Assembly (NCBI RefSeq): GCF_004010195.1
Contig: NC_057755.1
Span: 6,059,474-6,123,473 of the forward strand
DNA: 64,000 bases
Direction of reading: 5' to 3'
Origin: Chiloscyllium plagiosum
Taxonomy: Eukaryota
A program made the translations under genes and the position numbers. The notes under the pieces are model-generated. The model was not told where the DNA came from, searched no databases, and saw nothing but the letters and a program-made list of their open reading frames with translations. Of this stretch, positions 49,288 through 61,800 are shown piece by piece; position 1 is the stretch's first letter; every line of letters begins with the position of its first letter.

Positions 49288-51956
49288 CATAGAACATAGA
49301 ACATTTACAGCGCAGTACAGGCCCTTCGGCCCTCGATGTTGCGCCGACCTGTCATACCAATCTGAAGCCCAACTAACCTACACTGTTCCATATACATCCA
49401 CAAGCTTGTCCAATGACGAATTAAATGTACTTAAAGTTGGCGAATCTACTACCATTGCAGGCAAAGCATTCCATAGCCTTATTACTCTCTGAGTAAAGAA
49501 ACTACTTCTGACATCTGTCCTATATCTATCACCCCTCAATTTAAAGCTCTGCCCCCTCGTTCTCACTGTCACCATACTTGGAAAAAGGCTCTCCCTGTCC
49601 ACCCTATCTAACCTTCTGATTATCTTATATGTCTCGATTAGGTCACCTCTCAACCGCCTTCTCTCTAACGAAATCAGCCTCAAGGCTCTCATCCTTTCCA
49701 CATTAGACCTTCCCTCCATACCAGGCAACATCCTAGCAAATCTTCTCTGCACCCTTTCCAAAGCTTCCACATCGTTCTTACAATGTGGTGACCAGAACAG
49801 TACACAATACTCCAAGTGCAGCAGCAACAGAGTTTTGTAAAGCTGTAGCATAATCTCATGGTTCTAGAACTCAGCCCCTCTATTAATAAAAGGTATGCCT
49901 TCTGCATAACCCTGTCAACCAGGATGGCAACTTTCAAGGATCTGTGTACCGGACACCGAGATCTCACTGCTCATCTACGCTACCAAGAATCTTACAATTA
50001 GCGCAGTACTTTGCATTCCGCTTACTCTGACCAAAGTGAATCACCTCACATTTTGCCGCATTAAACTCAATTTGCCACTTCTCAGCCCATCTCTACAGCT
50101 TATCTATGTCTCTCTGTAACCTAGAACATCCTTCGTCACTATCCACAACTCCAACGACCTTAGTGTCGTCTGCAAATTTACTAACCCTCCCTTCTACGTC
50201 CTCATCCAGGTCGTTTATAAAAATGACAAACACCAGTGGACACACCTCCGACCCTTGCGATACACCACTCGTAACTGTGCTCCAGAATGAACATTTCCCA
50301 TCAACTACCATCCTCTGTCTTCTTTCAGCAAGCCAATAACTGATCCAAACTGCTTTATCTCCCACAATCGCATTCTTACACATTTTGACCAAAAGCCTAC
50401 GTATCGAACGCTTTGCTGAAATCCATATACACTACATCAACCAATTTACTCTCATCTACCTGTTTGGTCACCTTCTCAAAGAACTCAATATGGTTTGTGA
50501 GGCACTACCTACCCTTCACAAAACCGTGCTGACTATACCTAATCAATTTATTCTTTTCCCCATGTTTATAAATCCGATCTCTTCTAACATTTTCCAACAC
50601 TTCACCAACAACTGAAGTACGGCTCACTGGTCTATAATTACCATGGTTGTCTCTAATCCCCTTCTTGAACTTGGGAACCACATTTGTTATCCTCCAGTCT
50701 TCTCGCACTATTCATGTAGACAACGACGATTTAATGATCAATGCCAAAAGCTCAGCAACCTCCTCCCTGGTTTCCCAGAGGATCCTAGGATAAATCCCAT
50801 CGGGCCTAGGGGACTTATCGATTTTCACACCATGCAGGATTTCTAATATCTCCTCCTTGTGAACCTCAACCACATCTAGTCTAGTAGCGTGCATCTCAGT
50901 ATTCTCCTCGACAACATTGTCGTTTCCTACAGTGAATGCTGTCGAAAAACATTCGTTAACTGCTTCCCCACGTCCTATGACTCCACACACAACTTCCCAC
51001 TACTATCATTGATTGGCCCTAATCTTACTCTCGTAATTCTTTTATTCCTTAAATACCCTAAGAGAGCCTTAGGGCTTCCCCTGATCCTATCCGCCAAAAA
51101 CTTCTCATGTCCACTCCTGGCTCTTCTGAGCTCTCTCTTTAGGACTTTCCTGGTTACCTTGTATCCCTCAAGCGCCCTAAATGAGCCTTCACATCTCATC
51201 CTAACATAAGCATTCTTCTTCCTCTTGACCAGAGATTCCGTTCCTTCGTAAACCATGGCTCCCGTGTTCTACAGCTGCCTCCCTGCCTGACAGGTACATA
51301 CTTATCTAGGACACACAGGATCTTTTCCTTGATTCCTCTTGACCAGAGAATCCGTTCCTTCGTAAACCATGGCTCCCGTGTTCTACAGCTTCCTCCCTGC
51401 CTGACAGGTACATACTTATCTAGGACACACAGGATCGTTTCCTTGAATGAGCTCCACATTTCTAATGTGCCCATCCCCTGCAGTTTCCTTCCTCATCCTA
51501 TGCTTCCTCAATCTTGCCTAATTACATCGTAATTGCCTTTCCCCCGGCTGCAACACTTGCCCAGTAGTATACATCTTTCCCTTTCTACCACTAAAGAAAA
51601 CTTAACAGAATTGTGATCGCTATCACCAAAGTGCTCACCTACTTCCAAGTCTAACACTTGGCAGGACTCATTACCCAGTTCCAAACCTAATGTGGCTTTG
51701 CCTATGTTGGCCTGTCTACATAGTATGTCAGGAAGCCCTCTTGCACGCTCTGGACAAAAACCTTACTCATCCATAGTACTCGTACTATAGTATTCCCAGT
51801 CAATATTTGGAAAGTTGAAGTCCCCCATGTCAACTACCCTGCTCTCTCACTCCTATCAAGAATCATCTTTGCTGTCCTTTCCTCTACATCTCTGGAACTA
51901 GTCGGAGGCCTATAGAAAACACCAAACAGGGTGACCTCTCATTTCCTGTTTCTAAC
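49288..51956 (-). mobile_element. CR1 LINE (APE + RT), 5'-truncated, with a 114-bp internal tandem duplication
   Basis: Minus-strand ORFs give FINDLDEDVEGRVSKFADDTK, NYRPVSRTS and LEYCVLFWSP; catagaacatagaaca tail. Confidence 0.92.
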
Positions 51957-52617
51957 AGTAATTTATTCCATCTTCAGAACTAAGGAGAATCGTGGTTTAT
52001 AATTCTCACTGAAATGTTATGGAGGATATTGTCTTTCTGGAACACCAATGAAGTTGAACATGACATCATTCCGGCAAGTCGCAGAATTCCTGGAGTATGA
52101 GGACTATTGCACAGTGCAAATTTGAATTGGGTATTAACAATATCTGCAGCCAATAATCTGGTCCCAGGTTAGCATGTCCAATAGTGAGTACCTGTCAGTG
52201 TAATCGCTTGTGATCCCGTCACGTGGAAGCTGTGGCATTTCCACATGCACCGCTTGCTACCTGGTGGCCTTGGAAATGGCAGATTTATTTGTGCTTAGTA
52301 TTGGAATTATCCCTTTGTGGGTCTGTTCATATTATTTCCCTGGGTCTTTCGTGGATATCACGCACATCAGTTGTGTTACCTCTTCCCTGCAGTCTGCTGC
52401 CATGAACTGCTTCTGTCTGATTCACTGTCACTTTTTCCAATGACCAGTTTGTGGCCATTTGTTGCCAGGAGCTGAAAAGAAAATATTGCACTATGAAAAC
52501 TGCAGCTGCTGTTCTAGTGGCAAACTGTATGCTGCTCTGTATAAGAAACACCCTACAAGTCTTTATTTATAAACCTGGGATGATGATTGATCATATATCT
52601 TGGCTTTGTGTTGTAAA

Positions 52618-54647
52618 CCTATGGCCCCTTGACAATGACCCCACCCCCCACCACCAAACCAGCATCTCCTCGACCATCCATAACCTCATCACCTCATGGG
52701 ATCTCCCATCCACTGCCTCCAAATTCATAGTCCCAGAACCCTGCTCCGCCCATTTCTACCTCCTGCCCAAAATTCACAAACCCAACTGCCCCGGCCGACC
52801 CATTTTCTCAGCCTGCTTCTGCCCCACCGAACTCATCTCTGCATACCTCGACACTGCCCTGACCCCTTAGTCCAAGAACTCCCAAACTATGCTCGGGACA
52901 CCACCCACGCCCTCCACCTCCTCCATGATGTTTGCTTCTCCGGCCCCCAATGCCTTATCTTCACGATGGACATCCAGTCCCTATACACTTCCATCCGACA
53001 TTCAGAAGGCCTGCTTCTTCCTCTCCCGCCGACCCAACCAGTACACTTCCACTGACACCCTCCTTCGACTGACTGAATGGTCCTCACTCTTAACAACTTC
53101 TCCTTCCAATTATCCCACTTCCTCTAAACCAAAGGAGTAGCTATGTGCACCCACATGGGCCCCAGCTATGCGTGCCTCTTCGTCGGATACGTGGACGACT
53201 AACTCCGCCCCCATGCCTAACTACGCCTCCACTCCTAGTTCCAGCCCCACACTAGGTCTTAGCTCCCAGCCCTGCCGTATTTTCAACATCCCTCCAGACC
53301 TCTCTCACTCTGAGGGTTAATGATCAGTCCTCAGCAGAGGCCTCACCTTTATCCCCGTGCGCCCTGATCAATGAGTTCGACATGCGGTTAGACATCGAGC
53401 ATTTCTTCCGCCGCCTTCACTGCTGCACCTACTTCTGCAATAAGGACTCTCGCCCACCCTCTGTAGACCACTTCTCCCGCCTCCAAAACACCCCATCCAC
53501 CTGGACACCCCGTGATGGCCCCTTACCCGCCCTCGATCTCTTCATATCCAACTGCCACATGGACACTTACTGCCTCAACTTGTCCACCCCTCACACCCAC
53601 TCTAACTTCTAACCCTCACAACGCGCAGCCCTCCACTCCCTCCGCTCCAACCCCAACTTCACCATCAAACCAGCAGACAAGGGATGCGCAGTGGTAGTTT
53701 GGCGCACCGATCTTTATATCGCTGAAGCGAGATACCAACTCACGGACACTTCCTCCGACTGCCCCCTTAACCATGACCCCATGTCCCGGCACCAAACCAT
53801 CATCTCCTAGACCATCCATAATCTCATCACCTCAGGGGATCTCCCATCCACCGCCTCCAACTTCATAGTCCCATAACCCCGCACCGCTCGTTTCTACCTC
53901 CTGCCCAAAATCCACCGCATCTCCTCAACTTCCCGCACCTCCGCCCGTAAACCCCGACCCTCCAATCGCCACCAGGACAGAACCCCACTGGCCCTCACCT
54001 TCCACCCCACCAACCTCCAGACACATCGTATCATCCTCCGTCATTTCCGCCATCTCTAAACAGACCTCACCAACAGGATATATTTCCCTCCCCACCCCTA
54101 TCAGCGTTCCGGAGAGACCACTCCCTCTGCGACTCCCTCATCAGGTCCACAGCCCCACCAACCCAACCTCCACTCCTGGCACCTTTCCCTGCAACCGCAA
54201 GAAGGGCAAAACTTGCGCCCACACCTCCCCCTCATCTCCCTCCAAGGCCCCGTTGGATCCTTCCATATCCTTTGCAAATTCACCTGCACTTCCACACGCA
54301 TCATTTACCGTTTCTGCTGCAGACGATGTGGTCTCCTATACATTGGGGAGACAGGCCGCCTACTTGCAGAACGTTTCAGGGAATACCTCTGGGACACCAC
54401 ACCAACCAAACCAACCGCCCTGAGGCTGAACACATTAATTCCCCCTCCCACTCCGCAAGGATATGCAAGTCAATGGCCTCCTCCATCGCCAGACCCTGGC
54501 CACACGACGCCTGGAGGAAGAGCACCTCATCTTCCGCCTAGGTACCCTCCAACCACCTGAAGAAGGGCTTATGCCCAAAATGTCGATTCTCCTGCTCCTC
54601 GGATGCTGCCTGAAACTGCTGCGCTTTTCCAGCACCACACTTTTCAA
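52618..54647 (+). mobile_element. Penelope-like retroelement (Neptune-type RT, Cys linker, GIY-YIG), rearranged, 14-bp TSD
   Basis: FYLLPKIHKPNCPGRPI, LIFTMDIQSLYTSI, KGVAM.THMGPSYACLF, IKPADKG, GTFPCNRKK.KTC and CGLLYIGETGRLLAERFRE. Terminal repeat with a hammerhead-like motif at 54557. TSD ctttgtgttgtaaa at 52604-52617 and 54648-54661. Confidence 0.92.
54552..54590 (+). ncRNA. Minimal type I hammerhead ribozyme motif at the PLE 3' terminus (mutated)
   Basis: CTGAAGA-a-GGGC-ttat-GCCC-aaaa-tg-TC-gattct. The G12 and stem III changes are consistent with CpG decay of GAAACGTC. Confidence 0.7.
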
Positions 54648-55104
54648 CTTTGTGTTGTAAAGGCAACCTCCTATACTCAGCCTGTATGAGTGGTATTCGA
54701 TTGGTTTGTTTCGGTTTTAATCGAATTGATCCTGTTCGTTTCTATTCTATTGTCCAATGCACTGATGTAAAGCATATTTTAGCGACAAATCGAGCCCATA
54801 AGGAGCGGATGCCTCAGAGCACGGCAGCAAATCTCAGACAAATTGTGTCTCACCTGAGAGCTGATATTGCACCCTGGTCTATACATTCCTGAATTTGATC
54901 AGGACAGAATGATATTTCTCTTCTTCCATCCATTGAAGTAAATGTTGATATCAGTTTTAAAAATTTTACGTGTGAGAGAGAGAGAGAGACAGAGTGATGT
55001 AACTATGTGTGTGTATGTGTGTGGTATTTAGAGTCCCCAGTAGAGGAGGATCATTCCGTGACTGTATATGAGTGAGTGACATTCACAGAGTCCAGCAGAC
55101 GGTT

Positions 55105-55750
55105 ATTAATGGCATTTTAATTCAAAAACATGTTTAATTCATAACAAAGTATGTACACAGCCACATACGCAGTTCGTTTCTGAGCAGCATATCAATAAAA
55201 CAAATAAACATTGGAGTTGGTCTATGTTCAATCTAGTCCAAGACATATCTTACAGAATAAGGCTATATTGCATGTTCTGAAGTACGGAGAATGTTCGATA
55301 CCTTAATGGACACTCATGCAACTTTGAGAGAGGGACCTCAGAGAGTAGTCATTATGACGTTGCTTCAGTGGCAGCTACCCAAGGGTTTTGTGTGTCCTGC
55401 AGCACATAGCCATGGATCTTCGAATGTGATAGACTGCGACACTCAGTCGGGTTCTGCTTTTTTTAAAGGACCAACAAGTTTGAAACAGACCAAACAGCAT
55501 CTTTCACCAAGTTGACGGCCCACCAGGAGAAGACATTGTTTTTCTCGGTGTGCATACTGCAGAACACAGACTCCGATATTATTGAGCTGCTCCGGATCAA
55601 CATCGGCACAAACTACTCCATCTTCTTCCAGATTTCTTTTACAAAGGCACATTCCAGCAGGAGTTGCGTTGTGTCTTCAGCTGAATCACCTCTGGGGGTT
55701 AAGGGATTCACACACCTCCTGTTGGAATGCATGTTTTCCTTGAATTGAAT
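55105..55750 (-). mobile_element. Tx1-type (L1 clade) LINE 3' fragment
   Basis: Minus-strand reading EDTTQLLLECAFVKEIWKKME...WAVNLVKDAVWSVSNLLV...TECRSLSHSKIHGYVLQD resembles the Tx1 ORF2 C-terminal zinc-knuckle region. Confidence 0.65.
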
Positions 55751-55999
55751 TTTAAGGTGATAGCTTAAGAAATAGCAATTCAGCTATAATACTACAAATA
55801 ATCAGATGAAAAGTCTAAGAGGCTTAACGGTCAAGGATGTTGTTTGCTGTCAGAGGGGAATCAGGTGTTTTGAACTTGTGGAGAAACTGCTTTGCCCCCT
55901 AGTCTTTGTTAAATACATATTAAACAAGTTAGACACTGAACAACCAGCCAGTAATATAAAATCAAATGTTCATCAATGCTGGTTCTATCACTACATATT

Positions 56000-56740
56000 T
56001 TTTCCACAGACTTAGGTAATGTTCTCAGTACTGGAGTTCAAATGCTACCAGGGCTGTTCAGGTGACTACAGTCTAATGGATTGCAAAGGGAATACGCGGA
56101 CAAAAGCATATCAACAGTTTACATCGATTGACAAGATCTAGCCAATTGACCACTGTCTGGGAAAATGGGAAATTGTCCATTTTGAGAGAAAGTATAATTG
56201 TTTTGAAAAAAAATTGAGGATGCGGAGCTGAGAGATTCATACAGTTGTGTGTTTTATCATGCATGAATCACAGAATTCTAGTACGTAGGTACAAGTATTC
56301 AGGAATGCTAGTAGAATGTTTTCTTCTATTAGGACGGCAATTGAATATAAAGGTACAAAGATTACACTTAGAACATATAACATAGAAAAGTACAGCACAG
56401 AACAGGACATTTGACTCATGATGCTGTGCCGAGGTTTAATCCTAATGTAAAATACAATAACATAACGTATGCACCCCTCAACTGACTGCAATCCATATGC
56501 ATGTCCAGCAGTCGCTTAAATGTCCCTAATACGTCTGCTTCCACCACGATTGTTGGCAACGCATTTCATGCATTTCCAACTCTCTGTGTAAAGAACCTAC
56601 TTCTGATGTCTCCACTATACCTTTCTCCAACTATCTTAAAACTATGACCCCTCGTAGCAGTCAATCCTGCCTGGGGAAAAGACTCTGGCTATTGACTCTA
56701 TCTATTCCTCTCATTCTCTTGTACACCTCAGATAAGGTTT
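56000..56740. mobile_element. Two adjoining CR1 fragments (+ 56000-56367; - 56368-56740)
   Basis: A degenerate RT segment followed by the reverse tail tagaacatataacatagaaaagtacagcacagaacagg. Confidence 0.7.
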
Positions 56741-56751
56741 ACCAGACAATA

Positions 56752-57430
56752 CAGAACAACCTCGATTACCTTAATAGCAATTAACTGAACATCAGATTAT
56801 CAGAAGGAGATCTCGAGGACACAATGGAAACGTTATATCAAAGGCGGGTTTCCAACACTGATCACGTATTTCTTTTTACAGTGATTAAAAGTAAACTCAA
56901 TGCTGCCGAGAACAGTCCTGGATTGATGCGAGTGCAGGCACCATCTCTAAATGACCGAGCTCCGATCATCTCTCTCTCTTCCCACACATTCCTTGGAGTT
57001 CTACTCAGTCATGTACCCTAAACACCGCTTCGCCAGACACTCTGTCTAACATTGCCCTGGGCAGTGGAAAAATAGAACCTGTCAAAGATTTGCAGTGAGG
57101 ATATGCGTGTGTGCTATTTGGAGACACAGCGCCAAAAGGCAGTAGCAGCTGCAGCAGTCCAGTTGTTGGTGTGCAGTTGGTACTATCCCGGAGAGTGGCA
57201 GGGGCGGATTGAGGGCGATGTTGGGGGCAGGTGAGGGCGCTGTTGAAGTTGACCGGGGGCGGAGGCGGGGGCACGGGCGCGGTGTGCTGCTGTCTAGACT
57301 TCTGAATGGGGAGCAGACTTCACTGAATACTCTGAGCACCAGAGGAAACATTGAATCAATTTACCGAATAATTAATTATCCAAAAAAAGTAGTGCCTGCG
57401 CATTTCATTTGGTTAATCGAGGTTGGAATG
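56752..57430. mobile_element. Tigger/pogo-like non-autonomous DNA transposon (MITE)
   Basis: Imperfect TIRs: (ta)cagaacaacctcgattacc at the left end and ggttaatcgaggttggaatg at the right end. No transposase ORF. Confidence 0.6.
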
Positions 57431-57679
57431 AGTAGTTTCTTATAACAGGAATTGTTGGGCAGGCGAGACTGGTATCAGTTTGACGATAAAACAGCAAGTT
57501 TTGACGAAACTCAGGAAGGTGAGATCCTCAGGGTTTTGACTTGGTTGCTTTGAGAAAGATATTTCTTCTTGTGTTTCCTGATTTCAATAACAGGAGGCAA
57601 ACATTTCAAACAGAGAGAAAGATAATTGTGAAGTACACCAACAGCTGAGATCGAACTGAATAGTAGAGGATGCGCAAGG

Positions 57680-58325
57680 AGGTGCTGCACTGTCAAAGTG
57701 TCAGTCCAAAGCGAACGCTGCACTGTCTGATATTTAGAAAATTTTCAGAAAATCAGTACTGAGGGAGTGCTGTATTGTCAGAGGATCAGTACTGAGGGAG
57801 TGATGCATTGTCTGAAAATCAGTACTGAAGGAAACTTGCTCTGTTGGACTGTCCATACTGAAGGATTGCTGCATTATCGGTGGGCCAGTACAGGTGGAGT
57901 GCTCCACCGTTGGAAGCTCTGTGCTGAGGAATTGCCGCCATGTCAGAAGGTCACTGCTGAGACAGTGCTGCAGTGTCGGAGAGATAGTGCTTCAGGAGTG
58001 CTGCACTGTCGAAGAATCAGTGCCAATGGAGTGTCATACTGTGGAGCATCAGTACTGAGTGAGTGCTGCACTTTTGGAGGGTCAGTACTGACTGAGCACT
58101 ACAATATCGGAGTGTCAATGCTGAGGGAGTGCCGCACTGTCGAAGGATCAGTATTGAGGGAGAGGCACTCTATTTGAGTTTATATACTAAGGCAGTCCCA
58201 CTCTGTTGTAGTGTCAGTTTTATGGAAGGGCCGCATTGTTCGAGTGACAGTACTGATAGAGTGCTGCATTGTCAAATTGGCTGGACTCAGAGAATGCTGA
58301 CTATCGATGTGTCGGTACTGAGAAG
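57680..58325. repeat. 33-bp minisatellite (consensus about cagtactgagggagtgctgcactgtcggagggt)
   Basis: cagtact recurs at 57754, 57787 and 57820 with period 33. Roughly 18-19 degenerate units with no unique spacers. Confidence 0.9.
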
Positions 58326-58639
58326 ATTAGTTTTTCAAATGCAGCATCGGATGTGCAACTGTCTTTGTAACTGCATTATTTTTGCCATAGTTCATGCATA
58401 CCTATTGAGTACTGTTTGGTTTTGGCACCATTACCATTGGTGAGCTCCAGTCACTGTAACTGTCTTCAATTATGTCGTCCTGGAGCACTTGTTCACTGTC
58501 CATCTGAACCTCTGCCAACTTTAGTGGGTGATGCCTATACGGAAGTTGGTTAATCAGAACAGCACCTCATATATCAGCATAATGCATAATTAGCTTCGTA
58601 CTTCCAAGTTTATTTCTATGTATCACCCAGTGTGAAAGC

Positions 58640-61600
58640 AATAACTTTTCAGATCACTTCAGCTACCCAGTGGAATTTGATTCAATAATTTATCCCAGAT
58701 TTTGATAACGTCCTCATTGTCCGATATAATTTGAGGAATTTCCAATTTAAAATCCTCTGAAATTGGCTGTGTTAGAACAAATAACAAGAACAAATAAGTA
58801 TCCTTTTATTTTCCTTACCTGTCAAATGACTTTTTCGAACATTCGTAAGACACATCATCTGCGATTTCATTCTCTCTGGAGTCCTTGTGACATAGTTCAC
58901 CTCATTCAATCACCTTCCGATGTGATGTAGTTCACTAAACCTTGCGTTTAAAAGTTTACCTATCACTGGAATACACATTAACACCTTATCACCGATTGCA
59001 AATTGCCAATTTTGATTTCATCCCTGTTTCCTGTTTAATTCTATGCTGCATTCAGTGAAAATATATTAACTAAGTTGTGACAAGTAATCTGAATATATGG
59101 TCTTTGAATTCTGGCCCATCAATTGCTCCTTAATCAATATTAGTGGTCCTCTCAAATCCTGTCTCAAAACTAATTCAAATGGACTGCACTTCTTTTGATT
59201 CATTTGGTGCATGTCTGATCGCAAAAGTAGAAACAGAATTACGTTATCCCAACCATCTGGACAGTCTTGGCTAAAAGTCCTCAACATGGTCTTTACCGTC
59301 TGATGCCACATTTATAGCTTTCCCTTCGATTTTGAATAATACACATTGGTGTCATAGAGTCATAGAGATGTACAGATCGGAAATGGACCCTTCGGTCCAA
59401 CTTGTCTGTGCTGACCAGATATCCCAACATAATCCAGTCCCACTTGATGACACTTGGCCAATATCCATCTAAACCGTTCCTATTCATATACCCATTCAAC
59501 TTCCGTTTAAATGTACAATTGTACTAGTCTACATCGCTTCCTCTGGCAGATCATTCCATGCACGCTCCACTTTCTGTGTTAGAACTTTGCCCCTTAGGTT
59601 TCTTTTGTATCATTTCCCCATCACCCTAAACCTATGTCCTCTAGTTCTGGATTCTCTCAGTGCAGCGGGAAGAATTTGTCTATTTATCCCAGGAACGTCC
59701 TTCATGATTTTGTAAACCTCCATGAGGTCAAACTTGAGCCTTCGAAGCTCCAGCAAAAAAAGCCCCAGCCTATTCAGCCTTTCCCTATAGCTTTAATCCT
59801 GCAACCCTGGCAACGTCCATGCAAATCTTTTCTGAACACTGACAAATTTCACAAGAGGAAGGTAGCCAGAATTGTACGTAATATTCCAAAAGTAGCCTAA
59901 ACAACGTCCTGTACAGCCGGAACATGACTTCCCTACTCCTGTACTCAGTGCTCTGACCAGTAAAGAAAACGCACCAACTGCCGTTTTTATTATTTTACCT
60001 GCCTTCGAGTCTACTTTCACGGAGCTATGAACCTGCACTCCAGGGTCGCTTTGATTTGAAACGTATTTTTTTCCCTCAGGTTCCTAAAATACAGGGATAA
60101 TTATTTAAGATGCAGGTTTTATCACTGCGGGTTTACACTTTCCTGAAATTTATAACATTTCTGGCAAAATTCAACAACATTTTTCTGGAGTACTTTCAGA
60201 GAAGGAAAAATGTTTTTGCATTTAAATTTGACTTTTTCTCAACCAGAAATGCCCCCCTACAGATAGTTCATGTCTTTCCCGCAAAATTTTCTTTCTATAA
60301 TCCTCTTGCAAAACGACTTGAACATTTGCCCGTTTCTCATCTGACTGAATATGTGATGATCTCCATTCCCCGGTTAAGATATCAGTTTAAAGATAGCAGC
60401 ATTCAGGGATACATCGAGATTAGTCTTTCATCTGTGTTTTTTTGAAACAATGGATTCCGTTTCTCATCCTTCTGCTGGAAATCAGTTACTTTTCTGAACT
60501 AATGATGTCTGATTTTTAGACTATTCGCTCCAAATTTGTCTCAAACATTAGATTATACCGTGTCTCTTCTAACTTGACTCTCACTTCCTTATCTGTATCA
60601 TTTGTTCTATCCTGTTTCAACTGGTGACTTCGTGGCCTGGTCATCACACAGTCAGAAAAATAACCCACGATAAGTGTCTTTTAATACTTCAGTTAACACT
60701 GGCTTTTCAACCGGTTTTTTTTTCAAACACAGCAGTCAGAACTCCTAGCTGTGAACCAGCTGTATCATTAGCAAGATCAAATTGTTTATCCTGAAGCTGA
60801 GAGGTTTTCTATAACTCCTACCACGACATCTCCACTCTTCACTGGGCACGCTAACCTGACTCTGCATTATTTTCTCTACTCTACTTTTTTCACAGTGGAT
60901 TCCAGTTATGAACACGTTTCCTTGCAACAGTCCTTCACAGGTATGTATCTCCTTATCTTTCAACATCAAAGCTTGAGAGGATCCTGTGTGTCTTAATACT
61001 GTAACCTCTTTACTTGCAGGTCCTGGTCTACATGAGCGAACTTATCGTTCACAGGTACATGGTTTATGAAGATTTGGTACTTCATCCTTAAATGACCTCC
61101 GACCAAATTGAACATTCTGATGCACAGCCTCCACAATGCTGAACGTTAACGCTTCAACAAAATTGGCTGGCTTATGCTGGTTTCCTATATCTGGATTCCC
61201 AGTGCGTTTCCTAACTCACTAACACTGATTTCAGGGATCTTACTTTCTTGCAATGAAAACACCGCAGCTTTTTAACTGCTCATTCCACTCGAAGAGTTTC
61301 CTGTTTATTCTGTTGCAATTTACCTCTATGATCTTCACCTTCAACTTTTCCCTTATTACCTGAGGAATTCTCTTCTCCCCAATTCTATCCCTCATGGAAT
61401 CCAAATCTGATTCATGAAACAACTCATAATCATCAGCCATTTCTCACTAACTCAGGAAATGAATTTGTGAACTCACTCAAAATAATCATTTCAGTAAGAA
61501 AGCAAAAAGTTTGCTTTGTTTTTAATGCCCTCATCCACAAATCAAAACTACTTTGTTTGATCCTTACAAGCAATTCCTTTATGCCTGGGACCCTCTGAAT

Positions 61601-61800
61601 TCTTCATCTAAATTGTACATTTTTGGGGTTCTGATGAAATTAAATATCAGCAAAAATGTAACTATTTAATACAAAATTGATTCCGTGCAACCTTTCACCC
61701 TCAACTTTACCTTCCACAGGTTATTACTACATCCTCGACCCTGACATCGCTCTGGAACTGCATCATTTGCATTCACCTTTCACTCTACGTTTTACCTCAC
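58640..61800 (-). mobile_element. Second Gypsy (Gmr1-like) remnant with gag, protease and integrase, interrupted by CR1
   Basis: gag MADDYELFH (61440); protease KEVTVLRHTGSSQAL (about 60990); integrase WHQTVKTMLR...CSPFELV..DLRGPLILIKE (59066-59311). Confidence 0.75.
59351..60055 (-). mobile_element. CR1 LINE 3' fragment
   Basis: gtcatagagtcatagagatgtacag tail and degenerate ORF2 end. Confidence 0.8.

Larger units (their letters stand above)
52200..54830 (+). pseudogene. GPR139-like GPCR pseudogene, copy F, split by a PLE insertion
   Basis: VIPSRGSCGISTCTACYLVALEMADL, VAICCQELKRKYCT and WLCVV precede the insertion. The reading resumes at 54662 with KATSYTQPV*VVFDWF...ILLSNAL..KHILATNR. Confidence 0.85.

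Noticed and set aside
57680..58325. CRISPR-like array
   Set aside because: Contiguous degenerate 33-bp units with no unique spacers, no cas genes and a vertebrate context. It is a minisatellite, and its ORFs result from the unit length being a multiple of three.
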